A stretch of 64,000 nucleotides of DNA from Planctomycetota bacterium. GTDB lineage: Bacteria; Planctomycetota; UBA8742; UBA2392. The stretch spans positions 599,028-663,027 of the forward strand of contig JAOSKM010000003.1 in the NCBI GenBank assembly GCA_027493625.1, read 5' to 3'. The notes beneath the pieces were generated by a model, which was not told where the DNA came from, made no database searches, and saw nothing but the letters and a program-made list of their open reading frames with translations. Of this stretch, positions 40,502 to 49,124 are shown one piece after another (position 1 is the stretch's first letter; every line of letters begins with the position of its first letter). A program made the translations under genes and the position numbers.

Positions 40502-41512
40502 TCAGCCTGCCGCGTCGCAGGTGATCACCACTTTGCCGAAGTGCCGGCCTGTGGTCAGGCGCTCGAAGGCTTTGGGGGCTTGTTCGAACGGCACCAGATC
40601 ATCCAGCAGGCCGGCTATGTTCAGCTGCTCTGTGAACGCGTTCATGGCCAGGAAATCCTGCTTGCTGCCCACGAACACGCCCCTCAGCGTGGCGGCCTTG
40701 TAGACCAGGCCGTGCACATTGACCCCGCTGGCGACGCCGGTCAGCCTGCCCACCATGCTGACCTGGCCCCCGGGCGCGAGCGCGTTGATGCTGCGCTCCA
40801 GCGTGGCGGCGCCGCCGGTTTCCACCACCAGGTCCACGCCGCGGCCGTCGGTCAGATTCAGCACCTCTTCGTCCCAGTCCTCGTAGCGCCGGTAGTTGAC
40901 GCCGTGGTCGGCGCCCAGCTTGCCCGCGCGCTCCAGCTTGGCGTCGTCGCTGCTGGTGATGATCACCCTCGCCCCGCTGGCCCTGGCGAACTGCAGGGCG
41001 AACAGGCTCACGCCGCCGGTGCCCAGCAGCAGCACGGTATGGCCGCGCGACAGGTGCGGCACGGTGGCGTTGAAGGCCGTCACGCCCGCGCAGGGCAGGG
41101 TGGCGCCCTCGGCGAAACTCAGGTAGCGCGGCAGCTTCACCAGCGCGGCCTGCGGAAACACGCGCAGCTCGCTCAGCACGCCCTGCAGGCCGAAGCCGAG
41201 GTCGCTGCCGTACACGCCGGCGTGCAGCCGCCCGGCCTGCCAGTTCTGGAAGAAGCAGGCGGCCACGCGGTCGCCCTTGCTGAATTCGTCGGCGCCTTCG
41301 CCCAGGGCGAGCACTTCGCCGGCGCAGTCGGAAAGCGGCACCAGCGGGGTGTGTTTGAAGGCGCCGTATTCGCCGCGCTGGATCATCAGGTCGCGGTAGT
41401 TGAGCGCGCAGGCGCGCACGCGCACCAGCACCTCGCCGGGGCCGGGCACGGGCTCGGGTGCTGATTCGACGCGCAGCTCGGCGCCGGGTTTGTCCAGCAG
41501 GTATCGCCGCAT
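40502..41512 (-). CDS. NAD(P)-dependent MDR-family oxidoreductase (alcohol dehydrogenase-like)
   Basis: LNYRD, SDCAGEV, TLPCAGVTA, GTGGVS, HFGKVVI. Confidence 0.93.
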   Translation of the reverse strand: MRRYLLDKPGAELRVESAPEPVPGPGEVLVRVRACALNYRDLMIQRGEYGAFKHTPLVPLSDCAGEVLALGEGADEFSKGDRVAACFFQNWQAGRLHAGVYGSDLGFGLQGVLSELRVFPQAALVKLPRYLSFAEGATLPCAGVTAFNATVPHLSRGHTVLLLGTGGVSLFALQFARASGARVIITSSDDAKLERAGKLGADHGVNYRRYEDWDEEVLNLTDGRGVDLVVETGGAATLERSINALAPGGQVSMVGRLTGVASGVNVHGLVYKAATLRGVFVGSKQDFLAMNAFTEQLNIAGLLDDLVPFEQAPKAFERLTTGRHFGKVVITCDAAG

Positions 41513-41524
41513 GACCCCAGAATA

Positions 41525-41553
41525 GAAAACGGGGAGGCCGAAGCCTCCCCGTT
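41525..41553 (-). terminator. Intrinsic terminator of the giant surface protein gene
   Basis: AACGGGGAGGC-cgaa-GCCTCCCCGTT with a T tract on the minus strand. Confidence 0.75.
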
Positions 41554-41569
41554 CTTGCTGTCTTTGCTG

Positions 41570-44500
41570 CTAGGCTCGGCGCCTGCGGATGGCAACCAGG
41601 CTGACCAGCGCCAGTGCCAGCAGGGCGAACAGCGGGGTGCTGCTGTCGCCCGCGACGCAACCGCCGCCGCCGCCACCACCGCCGCCTCCGCCGCTGACGC
41701 CGCCCAGTGCGGCCGTGCCGGAGACGTTGATGTCGTAGGGGCTTTCATCCGGGTCGTCGCTGGTGATCGCGATCGCGAACGAGAACAAGCCGTCGGCGGT
41801 GGGTGTGACGCTGACCGTGAAGGTGGTGCTGGTACCCGGCGCGACAGTTGCAGCCGGGGCGGCACTGAGGCTGACGGTGCAGTTCACGGTCGCCGAGGTG
41901 TTGACGCCGGTGATGTTGAGGTCGACGTTGCCGGTGTTGGCGACGGTGTAGGTGACCAGCGTGGCCTGGCCGGTGTTGCGGGTTCCCAGGTTGTCGGTGC
42001 CGCCGTCAGGGATGACGGTCGATGCGGCGTCGCTGACCTCGATGTCGGGGGCCCCGCGGCGGTGCCGTTGACCGAGAAGTCGTAGGGGTTTTCGTTGACG
42101 TCGTCGTTGTTGATCGAGATGTCGAAGCTGAAGGCGCCCGGAACGGTGGGCGTCACGCTGACGGTGAAGGTGGTGGAACCGGCCAGGGCGACAGGCGAAC
42201 CGGGGTTGGAGGTCACGCTGGCGGCGCAGTTCACGGTGTTGGAGATGACCACGGTGGTGATGTTCAACTCGGCGCTGCCGTTGTTCTCGATGGTGTAGGT
42301 GATCGGCAGGGCCTGCCCGGTCTGGGCGCCGGTCACGGTGTCGCTGCCGCCGACGGGGATGGCGGTCGCGGTGGCGTTCAGGACGTCGATCTCCGGCGTC
42401 ACCACTTCAACCGCCACGAACAGCGTGGTGGTGTTGGTTCCGTCGGTGACATCCACCTCGAACACGTGGGTTCCCAGGTCCGCGAGCTGCAGCGCCGCGG
42501 TGGGTGTGGCCACGATCGAGCCCGCCACCAGGCTGATGTTGAAGCCCGAGCCGCCGGCGGGGTTGCCCGCGTCGGGCGTGACGGTACCCAGCGCCGGGTT
42601 CTGGCCGGTGTTCGGGTCATCCACGTCGGCCAGGGTCAGCGCGGCGACGCTGCCGACCAGGGCCTGTCCGGTGTAGGCGGTGCCGGAGGTCTGGCCGGTG
42701 CCCGCGCCGGCGTCGACGCCGATGGCGTGGGTCGGCGCGAGGTCGAGGATGATGATGGAGGCCGTGAAGTTCACGGTGTTGATGCCGTCGTTGACGGAGA
42801 TCTGCCAGGTGTAGCTGCCCGGCGTGTTGGAGGCGTCGGCGGTGCCGGTCCAGTTGAGGGTAATGGGCCCTGCAGTCGGGGTGGCGATGCTGGCCGGCGC
42901 GCTGGTGATGGTGGTGGGGGTGGCTCCCGGCGGGGTGACGGTGACGGTCATGTCGTCGGGCGTGGGGTCATCGACTTCCAGGTCGTCGTTGTAGGCGGCG
43001 CCCGGGTTCAGCGTCAGCTCATAGTTGCCGCCGTTGTTCACCCAGTTCGAGCCGGTGGGGATGGTCACGGAAGGCGGGGTGTTCGCCACGCCGGTGCCGG
43101 TGACTGTGAAGGTGTAGGGGTTCTCGTCGGGGTCGTTGTTGGCGATGCTGACGGTGAAGCTGAAGGCGCCCGCCGCCTGCGGCGCGACGTTGACGACGAA
43201 CGAGCTGGTGCCCGCCGCCGCGATGGGGCTGGTGGGGTTGGTCGTGACGCTGACGTTCACGTTGCTGACCGGGTTGACCGCGACCAGCGGCGTGCCCGTG
43301 AGGTTGAGGTTCACGCCGCCCAGGTTCTCGATGTCCCAGGTGAAGTTCTGGCCGACGGTCATCACGCCGCCGATGGCATCGGTGCCGCCGTTGGACACGC
43401 TGGCCGACGTCGCGTTGTTCTTGACGTTCATGTCGGGTGAATCGCTGAGCGAGAAGTCATCAAGCGCCACGTCGTGGCTGGTGCTGCTGCCGTGGCTCTG
43501 GATGCGGAACTGCAGCTGGACGATCCCCACCGTCACGCTGGACAGGTCCACCACGTGCTCGGTCCAGCCGGAGTTGGCCTGCAGCGCGGTGATGATGTCG
43601 TTGGTGATCGTCTTGCTCATCACGTCAACCAGGTCGACGTGCAGGATGTTGGGACCGGCGGTGGTGCTGGCGTTCACCGAGTGCAGCCAGAAGCGGAACG
43701 CCGGCAGGCTCAGCGCCGAGATGTCGAACGGCGGCGTGCGCATGCGCTGTTCCGCCGTGTAGGAGTTGGAGTCTTCGAAGTAGATGTAGCGGCCGGAAGT
43801 GGTGCCCGGGTTGTGGTCGGTGGCGGGACCGGTGCCGCCGGTCGGGGTGCCGTTGTTGTCCACGTACCAGTCGTTCGTGCCGTCGCTGGTGTCGTTCCAC
43901 CAGCCGTTGGTCAGCGGAACCGGGTTGGTGGAATCCAGCGCCAGGGTCTCCAGGTTGTCGGTCCAGGGGAACGACGCCACCAGGTACACGGTGTGGATGG
44001 TGGTGACCAGGGCGGTGGTGACGCGCACCGGGCCCGGCGTGGCCGAGATGTCCGAGGCCGGGGAAAGAGTCGCGCCGAAGGTGGTGCCGTTGTTGATGCC
44101 GGTGCCCAGCGAGTAAGTGACCACGTAGGAACGCGTCTGGCTGGAGGTCAGCGAGTTCAGCGGCGAGCCGCTGATGGTCAGCGTGCCGCCCGAGAAGGTC
44201 TGGGGCGAGCCGAGCTGGGTTTCGCCGGTGTCCACGAAACCGTTGCCGTTGGCGTCATCCCACAGCTTCACGGCGGTGATGTCGGTGTCGCTGATGGTGC
44301 CGGTGCGGGTCAGCGTGATGCTGTTGATGTCCTGGTTCGCGACGGATGAAGCCGTCAGGGAGAAGGACTGCACCACGTGGTCGGTGATGCCGGACGGCAC
44401 CACGCCCGGCGCGTAAACGGTCTTGCCGTCGAAGGTGACCTCGGGCGCGATGATGTAGACGCCGAGGATCGTGGCGGAAGGCACGCCCAGCACCGCCGAA

Positions 44501-45910
44501 GTACCGGCGGAACTGCCCGCCTGCACCGCGTAGTTGAACGTCTCGGTGACGCTGGCGGTGCCGCCCAGCTTGATGACGATGAAGTAGGTCTTGGTCTCAC
44601 TGGCCGCGAAAGTCGCTTCGCCGCCCGAGAACGGGATGGTCGCCTCGGCCGGGCTGCCGGCGAAGGTAGCCGTGCTGATCAGCGCGTCGCCCGCGTCGTA
44701 CGAACCCACGGTGCCGCTGGCGGTCTGGTCGCGGTACACCGCGAACTCGGCATAGTCGTTCAGGTGGTCGCCGGTGCCGCTGCCCCGGATGGTGAGCGAG
44801 TTCAGCGTCACGCTGCTGAAGGCGTTCGCCGTGACCGTGAACCTGCCGGCCTCAAAACCGATGCCGCCGCCGGTCTCATTGTTCTGCACCGGCTCGGCTG
44901 TGCCGACCACCGCGGATACCGTCACGGCCGGACCGTTGATGACCAGTCCTTCCATGGTGCGGCTGGGGACGTTGAAAATGGTGGCGCTGGCGCCGGTGGC
45001 AAGCGCGGCAACCTTGTACTTGAAGGTCTGCGCCGTGATCGCCGTGCCGTTCAGCTGCACCACGATGAAGAAGCGCTTGTCGGCGGCCGGGGCAAAGGTC
45101 TGTTCGCTGACCGGCACACTGATGGTGGCCTGGGGCGGTCCGCCGCTGAAGGTGCCGCTGCCGATCAGCACGTCACCGGCGTCGTAGGATCCGGACGGTG
45201 CCGCTGGCGGTCTGGTCACGATAGAGCTGGAAGCTGGTGTAGGCGGTTCCGTGGTCGCCGGTGCCCAGGCCTTCGATGGTGATGCTGCTGATGTCGTCAC
45301 TGGCGTTGCCGTTATTCAGGATGCGGAAGGTGGCGGCCTGGTAGCCGATGCCGCCGCCGTTTTCGTTGTTAAGCACGGACGCCGCGGTGCCCTTGATGGC
45401 ATCCACGTCCAGGCCCGGGTCAACGCGTTCGGCGACCGTGAAGTTGGCGGCAACACCGCCGTTCAAGGTGCCGGCAAGCGTGGACCACAGCAGCTGGCCC
45501 TGGGGCAGGTTGGCAGTGGACGTCCCGCGCCAGTGCAGCGCGTCGCCGATGCCGCTCGGCGTCCAGTAATCCAGCACGTAGCTGAAGGTGGGGCCGTTGT
45601 GCCCGCCACCCGAGCTGCTCATGCCGGTCCAGGGACCGACGGGCAACTGACCCGACGAGATCTGCCAGGCCGTGAGCGGTGATGAGGTGGCGTGATCACC
45701 GAAGATCAGCCAGCGCCAGGCCTGACCGGGTTGGTAGGTCATGTCGTTGTTGTCGACCACCAGCACGAAGTCGTACTGGTAAGTGCCGGTTCCAAGATCT
45801 TTGACCTGGTACTTGAGGGTCAGAGGGACGGCTGCGAGCGACCCTGCACCGAGCAGTATGGCCGCAAGCAGCACAACCCGCAGTGTGCGGGTGCTGAAAC
45901 AGTGCATCAT
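41570..45910 (-). CDS. Giant surface protein (about 1440 aa): signal peptide, repeats, MAM-like domain, choice-of-anchor D Ig-like domains, Gly-Cys C-terminal sorting signal; frameshifts at about 45192 and 42050
   Basis: Three consecutive ORFs that join; TGPATDH...GRYIYFE MAM-like; I.NND.DENPY repeats; tail GGGGGGCVAG...TM-RRRRA. Confidence 0.8.
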
Positions 45911-46175
45911 GATTGTTTGACTCCCCACGTCGTCAATTGAACTTCATTCTTACATCCAGGAGCTCGCCACCAAACGTGGTATCGGACAGCATGGATGCAA
46001 GTGAGCGGTCATTATGTCCGCAATCCTTGCCAGTTCAAGGGTTCGCACGCATGGTCGTTGGCTTTTCCCATCGGAGAAAGAGAAATAAGTCATACACTAG
46101 TCGTGTGCGTGCTGGGCAAGATGCCGGCCAGCAATCGTGGGACTTCATTGGTTAATAGTAGGAAGCAACCGCTCC

Positions 46176-46245
46176 TGGCAGGACGTGAGAGAGTCGAACT
46201 CCCCCGGCCGGCTTTGGAGACCGGCCCGGCCCCGGGCCCCGTCCT
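46176..46245 (-). tRNA. tRNA-Trp(CCA), shortened D arm
   Basis: Loop CTCCAAA, T loop TTCGACT, G73-CCA; D region reduced to GGCC-cgg-GGCC. Confidence 0.75.
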
Positions 46246-46246
46246 G

Positions 46247-46271
46247 TGGTTCGCAGGCAAGGATTCGAACC
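46247..46271 (-). repeat. Copy of the tRNA-Gln 3' end
   Basis: tggttcgcaggcaaggattcgaacc versus 46400-46424 (1 mismatch). Confidence 0.85.
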
Positions 46272-46399
46272 CCGAAACAGTCCAGCGGACTGTTTCGGAC
46301 CCGCAGCAGGCCGGCCAAAGCTCGCCGGAAGGGCGAGCGACGCCGGCCGTAAGCGGAGGGGTCGCCCTATCAGGCCGGCATTCCCTTCATCTAGAGGCT

Positions 46400-46474
46400 T
46401 GGTTCGCGGGCAAGGATTCGAACCTTGATTTCCTGGTTCAGAGCCAGGCGTCCTACCAGTTGGACGACCCGCGA
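46400..46474 (-). tRNA. tRNA-Gln(CTG)
   Basis: Cloverleaf, loop CTCTGAA, CCA. Confidence 0.92.
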
Positions 46475-46571
46475 GCGGTGTAGGGACACGCTGCCGCGTG
46501 TCCCTACGTTCCCGGTTTTCGCTTTCGAAGGACGGGGACAGTCCCGAACTTCCGAGACAGTCCCCTTCCGA

Positions 46572-47186
46572 TCAGATGCCCGACAGGATTGTCGGGCCCA
46601 CCCGGTCCTTCAGAAACGCCTTCCAGCTCTCCTGCAGCGCTACTCCACCAAGGATCAGCTGGTCGCGCGTCGGCTGGAACGGCTGGCGGCGCAGCGCCAG
46701 GCCGGCCTCAACCGGCGTGCGGTCGGCCTTCTGGTTATTGCAGCGGCCGCAGGCCAGCACGCAGTTCAGCCAGCTGGTGCCGCCGCCGCGCGAGAGCGGC
46801 TGCACGTGGTCGATCGTCATTGCGCGCTTGTGCACGAAAATGCCGCAGTACTGGCACTGGCCGTTGTCGCGCTCGAACACGCCGCGGCGCGAGTAGGGCA
46901 CGCCGGTGTTGGGGTAGCCGGCGAAGCGGGCGAGTGTGATGACCTCCGGCTTGCGCACCTGCAGATGCGCCGTGCGGATGTAGTCGTGCTCGATTACATG
47001 CGCATCGGCCGGCACGGCCTTCTCGCTCAGCCACTGGGCCCAGTCGAACAGCTGGTAAGTCTCCGGGCACACGACGCGCGCGCGGCCGCGGAAAACCAGT
47101 GTCAGGGCCTGCTTGACGACCACGGTGGTGATCGGCTGCCACACGCGGTTGAGTGTCAGCACACGCTCGAGTTCAACACGCGTCAT
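46572..47186 (-). CDS. HNH endonuclease (McrA-like) inside the tRNA array
   Basis: AAGGAGG RBS; RD...CQYC...TIDHVQPLSRGG..SWLN....C..CN..K. Confidence 0.93.
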   Translation of the reverse strand: MTRVELERVLTLNRVWQPITTVVVKQALTLVFRGRARVVCPETYQLFDWAQWLSEKAVPADAHVIEHDYIRTAHLQVRKPEVITLARFAGYPNTGVPYSRRGVFERDNGQCQYCGIFVHKRAMTIDHVQPLSRGGGTSWLNCVLACGRCNNQKADRTPVEAGLALRRQPFQPTRDQLILGGVALQESWKAFLKDRVGPTILSGI

Positions 47187-47268
47187 ACAGCCTCCTTTCA
47201 GGGTCAGGGTCAGGCTCAATTTCGGCCGGCACGGACGAAATTGTGCCTGACCCTTTTGAGCGTTCGTT

Positions 47269-47340
47269 TGGTAGCGGCGGCCGGAATCGAACCGGCTGGG
47301 TTGGGCGTATGAAACCCACCCGCGTCCAACGCGCACCGCA
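47269..47340 (-). tRNA. tRNA-Met(CAT), initiator-like, shortened D arm
   Basis: Loop TTCATAC, GGG/CCC in the anticodon stem, 1-72 mismatch, A73-CCA. Confidence 0.75.
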
Positions 47341-47348
47341 GTGATGTT

Positions 47349-47424
47349 TGGGCGATTGGGTGAATGTGACCTTCACCTATCGAAGGGAAAGCGGTGCTTT
47401 CCCTTCGATACAATCGCTTCGCGA
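47349..47424 (-). ncRNA. Unknown structured element A1
   Basis: GCGATTG/CAATCGC closing stem, 15-bp hairpin, GGTGAA/TTCACC hairpin, 3' CCA. Confidence 0.55.
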
Positions 47425-47425
47425 T

Positions 47426-47499
47426 TGGTCCGCCCGGCGGGACTTGAACCCGCATCTGACCGGGTAAGAACCGGCCGCTCTGCATTGAGCTACAGGCGA
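47426..47499 (-). tRNA. tRNA-Lys(CTT)
   Basis: Cloverleaf, loop TTCTTAC, CCA. Confidence 0.88.
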
Positions 47500-47503
47500 A
47501 TAG

Positions 47504-47577
47504 TGGAGCCGCTGGTGGGAATCCAACCCACGTCTCACCGTTACGAAGGGTGGGTCCTTGCATTGGACGACAGCGAC
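47504..47577 (-). tRNA. tRNA-Thr(CGT), C19-G56 variant
   Basis: Loop TTCGTAA, T loop TTGGATT, CCA. Confidence 0.85.
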
Positions 47578-47636
47578 GTAGGGGCCGCCCTGTGTGGCGG
47601 CCCGGCGAGAGGGCACATGGGCCCGCCCCTGCAGAT

Positions 47637-47710
47637 TGGACCCCAGTGAGTGAATCGAACACTCGTCTCTTCTTTGTAAGAGAAGCGTCTTGCCATTGGA
47701 CGAACCGGGG
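47637..47710 (-). tRNA. tRNA-Val(TAC)
   Basis: Loop CTTACAA, CCA; U73. Confidence 0.88.
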
Positions 47711-47711
47711 G

Positions 47712-47782
47712 TCGCGATGACAGGACTCGAACCTGCGTTCTCCTGCTCCCGAAGCAGGCGTCCTTCCCTGGACCACATCGCG
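47712..47782 (-). tRNA. tRNA-Pro(CGG), CCA not encoded
   Basis: Loop TTCGGGA, C1-G72, A73. Confidence 0.88.
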
Positions 47783-47789
47783 TTGTGTT

Positions 47790-47864
47790 TGGTCGGCTCG
47801 GCCGGAATCAAACCGGCGTTTCGGCTTTCGGAGAGCCGCGTCCTGTTCCCTGGACGACGAGCCG
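47790..47864 (-). tRNA. tRNA-Arg(CCG), A19-U56 variant
   Basis: Loop CTCCGAA, T loop TTTGATT, CCA. Confidence 0.85.
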
Positions 47865-47921
47865 GAAAGGGGTCTGGCTCCGCGCAGCGGTGCCTGACCC
47901 CTTTCCGGCGGTCGCCGCGAA

Positions 47922-47996
47922 TGGCGAGCGTACGGGGATTCGAACCCCGACCGTCTGGTTGAGAACCAGAAGTCCTTGCCGTTAGACGATACGCCC
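47922..47996 (-). tRNA. tRNA-Glu(CTC)
   Basis: Loop TTCTCAA, G73-CCA. Confidence 0.92.
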
Positions 47997-48001
47997 GAAG
48001 C

Positions 48002-48076
48002 TGGCGACCCCACGGGGAGTTGAACCCCGACCTTCCCGGAGACAACGGGAAATCATAGCCGTTAGACCATGGGGCC
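48002..48076 (-). tRNA. tRNA-Asp(GTC)
   Basis: Loop TTGTCTC, G73-CCA. Confidence 0.88.
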
Positions 48077-48082
48077 ATGCCT

Positions 48083-48154
48083 TGGATGAGCTGTGGCAAC
48101 CTTCACCTATCGCGGGCAGAGCAGTGCTCTGCCCGCGATACATTCGCTGCGCGA
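48083..48154 (-). ncRNA. Unknown structured element A2 (homolog of A1)
   Basis: Same flanks and 15-bp hairpin as A1, with four compensatory pair changes. Confidence 0.55.
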
Positions 48155-48155
48155 A

Positions 48156-48229
48156 TGGTAGAGACACGCGGAATCGAACCACGATCTGCCGGTTATCAAC
48201 CGGCTGCTCTGCCATTGAGCTATGTCTCT
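48156..48229 (-). tRNA. tRNA-Ile(GAT)
   Basis: Loop TTGATAA, A73-CCA. Confidence 0.92.
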
Positions 48230-48235
48230 GCAGGG

Positions 48236-48307
48236 CTGGCTCGGCAGGACTCGAACCTGCATCGCAGACTTCGCACGCCTGTATCCTTCCGGTTAGACGA
48301 CGAGCCA
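48236..48307 (-). tRNA. tRNA-Arg(GCG), CCA not encoded
   Basis: Cloverleaf, loop GTGCGAA, A20 present, U1-A72, G73. Confidence 0.8.
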
Positions 48308-48308
48308 T

Positions 48309-48392
48309 TGGTTGTTTGCGCCAACGGCCGCTCATGCAGAGCCGCGCCCATGTGCCGGGATCGGATGGCCTGCCATGAGCGGGCCGAAGGCG
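48309..48392 (-). ncRNA. Unknown structured element B (long closing stem with bulged C)
   Basis: CGGCC(C)GCTCATG pairs with CATGAGCGGCCG. Confidence 0.4.
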
Positions 48393-48399
48393 AGTGAAA

Positions 48400-48474
48400 T
48401 GGTAGACCGGCTGGGATTTCAACCCAGACTGCACGCTTGCAGGGCGTGTGTGCTCGCGTTGACACTACCGGCCC
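48400..48474 (-). tRNA. tRNA-Ala(TGC), C19-G56 variant
   Basis: G3:U70, loop CCTGCAA, T loop TTGAAAT, CCA. Confidence 0.88.
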
Positions 48475-48533
48475 GTAGCGCAGGCGCCCCGCCTGCACCG
48501 GCCGGGGCGCCTCGCCCCCGGCGGTTGGTTCGT

Positions 48534-48608
48534 TGGAGCCCCCGGGCGGAATCAAACCGACCGTCTTCTGAATGGCAATCAGAGATTCTGTCACTGAACT
48601 ACGGAGGC
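48534..48608 (-). tRNA. tRNA-Gly(GCC), A19-U56 variant
   Basis: Loop TTGCCAT, U73-CCA, T loop TTTGATT. Confidence 0.85.
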
Positions 48609-48676
48609 AAGCGGCGGCAAAGCCGCCTTGAGAATTGCGCCCCCGCCCAGGCGGGGGCGTGTACTGACTCAGCACC

Positions 48677-48689
48677 GTTGTCAAAGAAC
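48677..48689 (-). promoter_or_regulatory. boxA-like antitermination site
   Basis: GTTCTTTGACAAC on the transcribed strand resembles rrn boxA. Confidence 0.55.
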
Positions 48690-48722
48690 TGGCCTGCCCG
48701 CCATAGCCTTGGCGAAGGCGGG

Positions 48723-48794
48723 TGGAACAGCCTGGACTCGAACCAGGATCTTCCGGTTTTCAGCCGGACGCTCTGCCCGTTGAGCTACCGATCC
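48723..48794 (-). tRNA. tRNA-Phe(GAA), CCA not encoded
   Basis: Cloverleaf, loop CTGAAAA. Confidence 0.88.
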
Positions 48795-48858
48795 GTTCTC
48801 CCGCCATCGGGAGGGGGTCAGGCACAATTTCGTTCCGAAATTGAGCCAGACCCCAAGC

Positions 48859-48931
48859 TGGGTGCAGGCGCAGAGTCAAACTGCCCCTCCGCGGTCACAA
48901 CGCGGCGTGCTTTCGCTACACCAACCCGCAC
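48859..48931 (-). tRNA. tRNA-His(GTG), A19-U56 variant
   Basis: G-1:C73, loop TTGTGAC, T loop TTTGACT, CCA. Confidence 0.85.
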
Positions 48932-48942
48932 ATGAATTCCCC

Positions 48943-48976
48943 AAACGAAAGCGGGGACCCCGCATGGAGTCCCCGC
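48943..48976 (-). terminator. Attenuator-type terminator immediately upstream of the first tRNA
   Basis: GCGGGGACTCC-atgc-GGGGTCCCCGC followed by TTTCGTTT. Confidence 0.75.
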
Positions 48977-48994
48977 CGCGTAAAACCGGGCATT

Positions 48995-49084
48995 TCAGCC
49001 CCGCGGTGGACTCCTCAATTCGCGATCATGGCCCGCTTCCGGCCGTGGACCGCGCAGACTCGCCTGGATACCTCGCTTCGACAT
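48995..49084 (-). CDS. Putative 29-aa leader peptide MSKRGIQASLRGPRPEAGHDRELRSPPRG
   Basis: ATG...TGA ends 18 nt before the terminator; its last codons (GGAGTCCACCGC) complement the terminator 5' arm. Confidence 0.55.
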   Translation of the reverse strand: MSKRGIQASLRGPRPEAGHDRELRSPPRG

Positions 49085-49124
49085 GACTCTGCTTTCTGGC
49101 TCAACCTGCTTCGTTCGGTACCAC

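Noticed and set aside
6280..45200. Programmed frameshifting, phase variation or pseudogenes at six sites (about 6288, 15163, 36045, 38443, 42050, 45192)
   Set aside because: All appear to be single-base indels, mostly in short homopolymers, in otherwise intact unrelated genes; sequencing error is simpler. Needs read-level checking
46247..46399. Intron-split or permuted tRNA, or tmRNA
   Set aside because: Only a 3' fragment is present, an intact tRNA-Gln is adjacent, and there is no tag ORF or intron core
47200..48855. GGGTCAGGC...GCCTGACCC, GTAGGG-type and GCCTTGGCGAAG hairpins as novel RNAs
   Set aside because: They look like ordinary REP-like intergenic palindromes; the last also occurs at about 27938 and 58436
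47216..48935. Protein-coding ORFs predicted across the tRNA array
   Set aside because: They overlap clear tRNA cloverleaves
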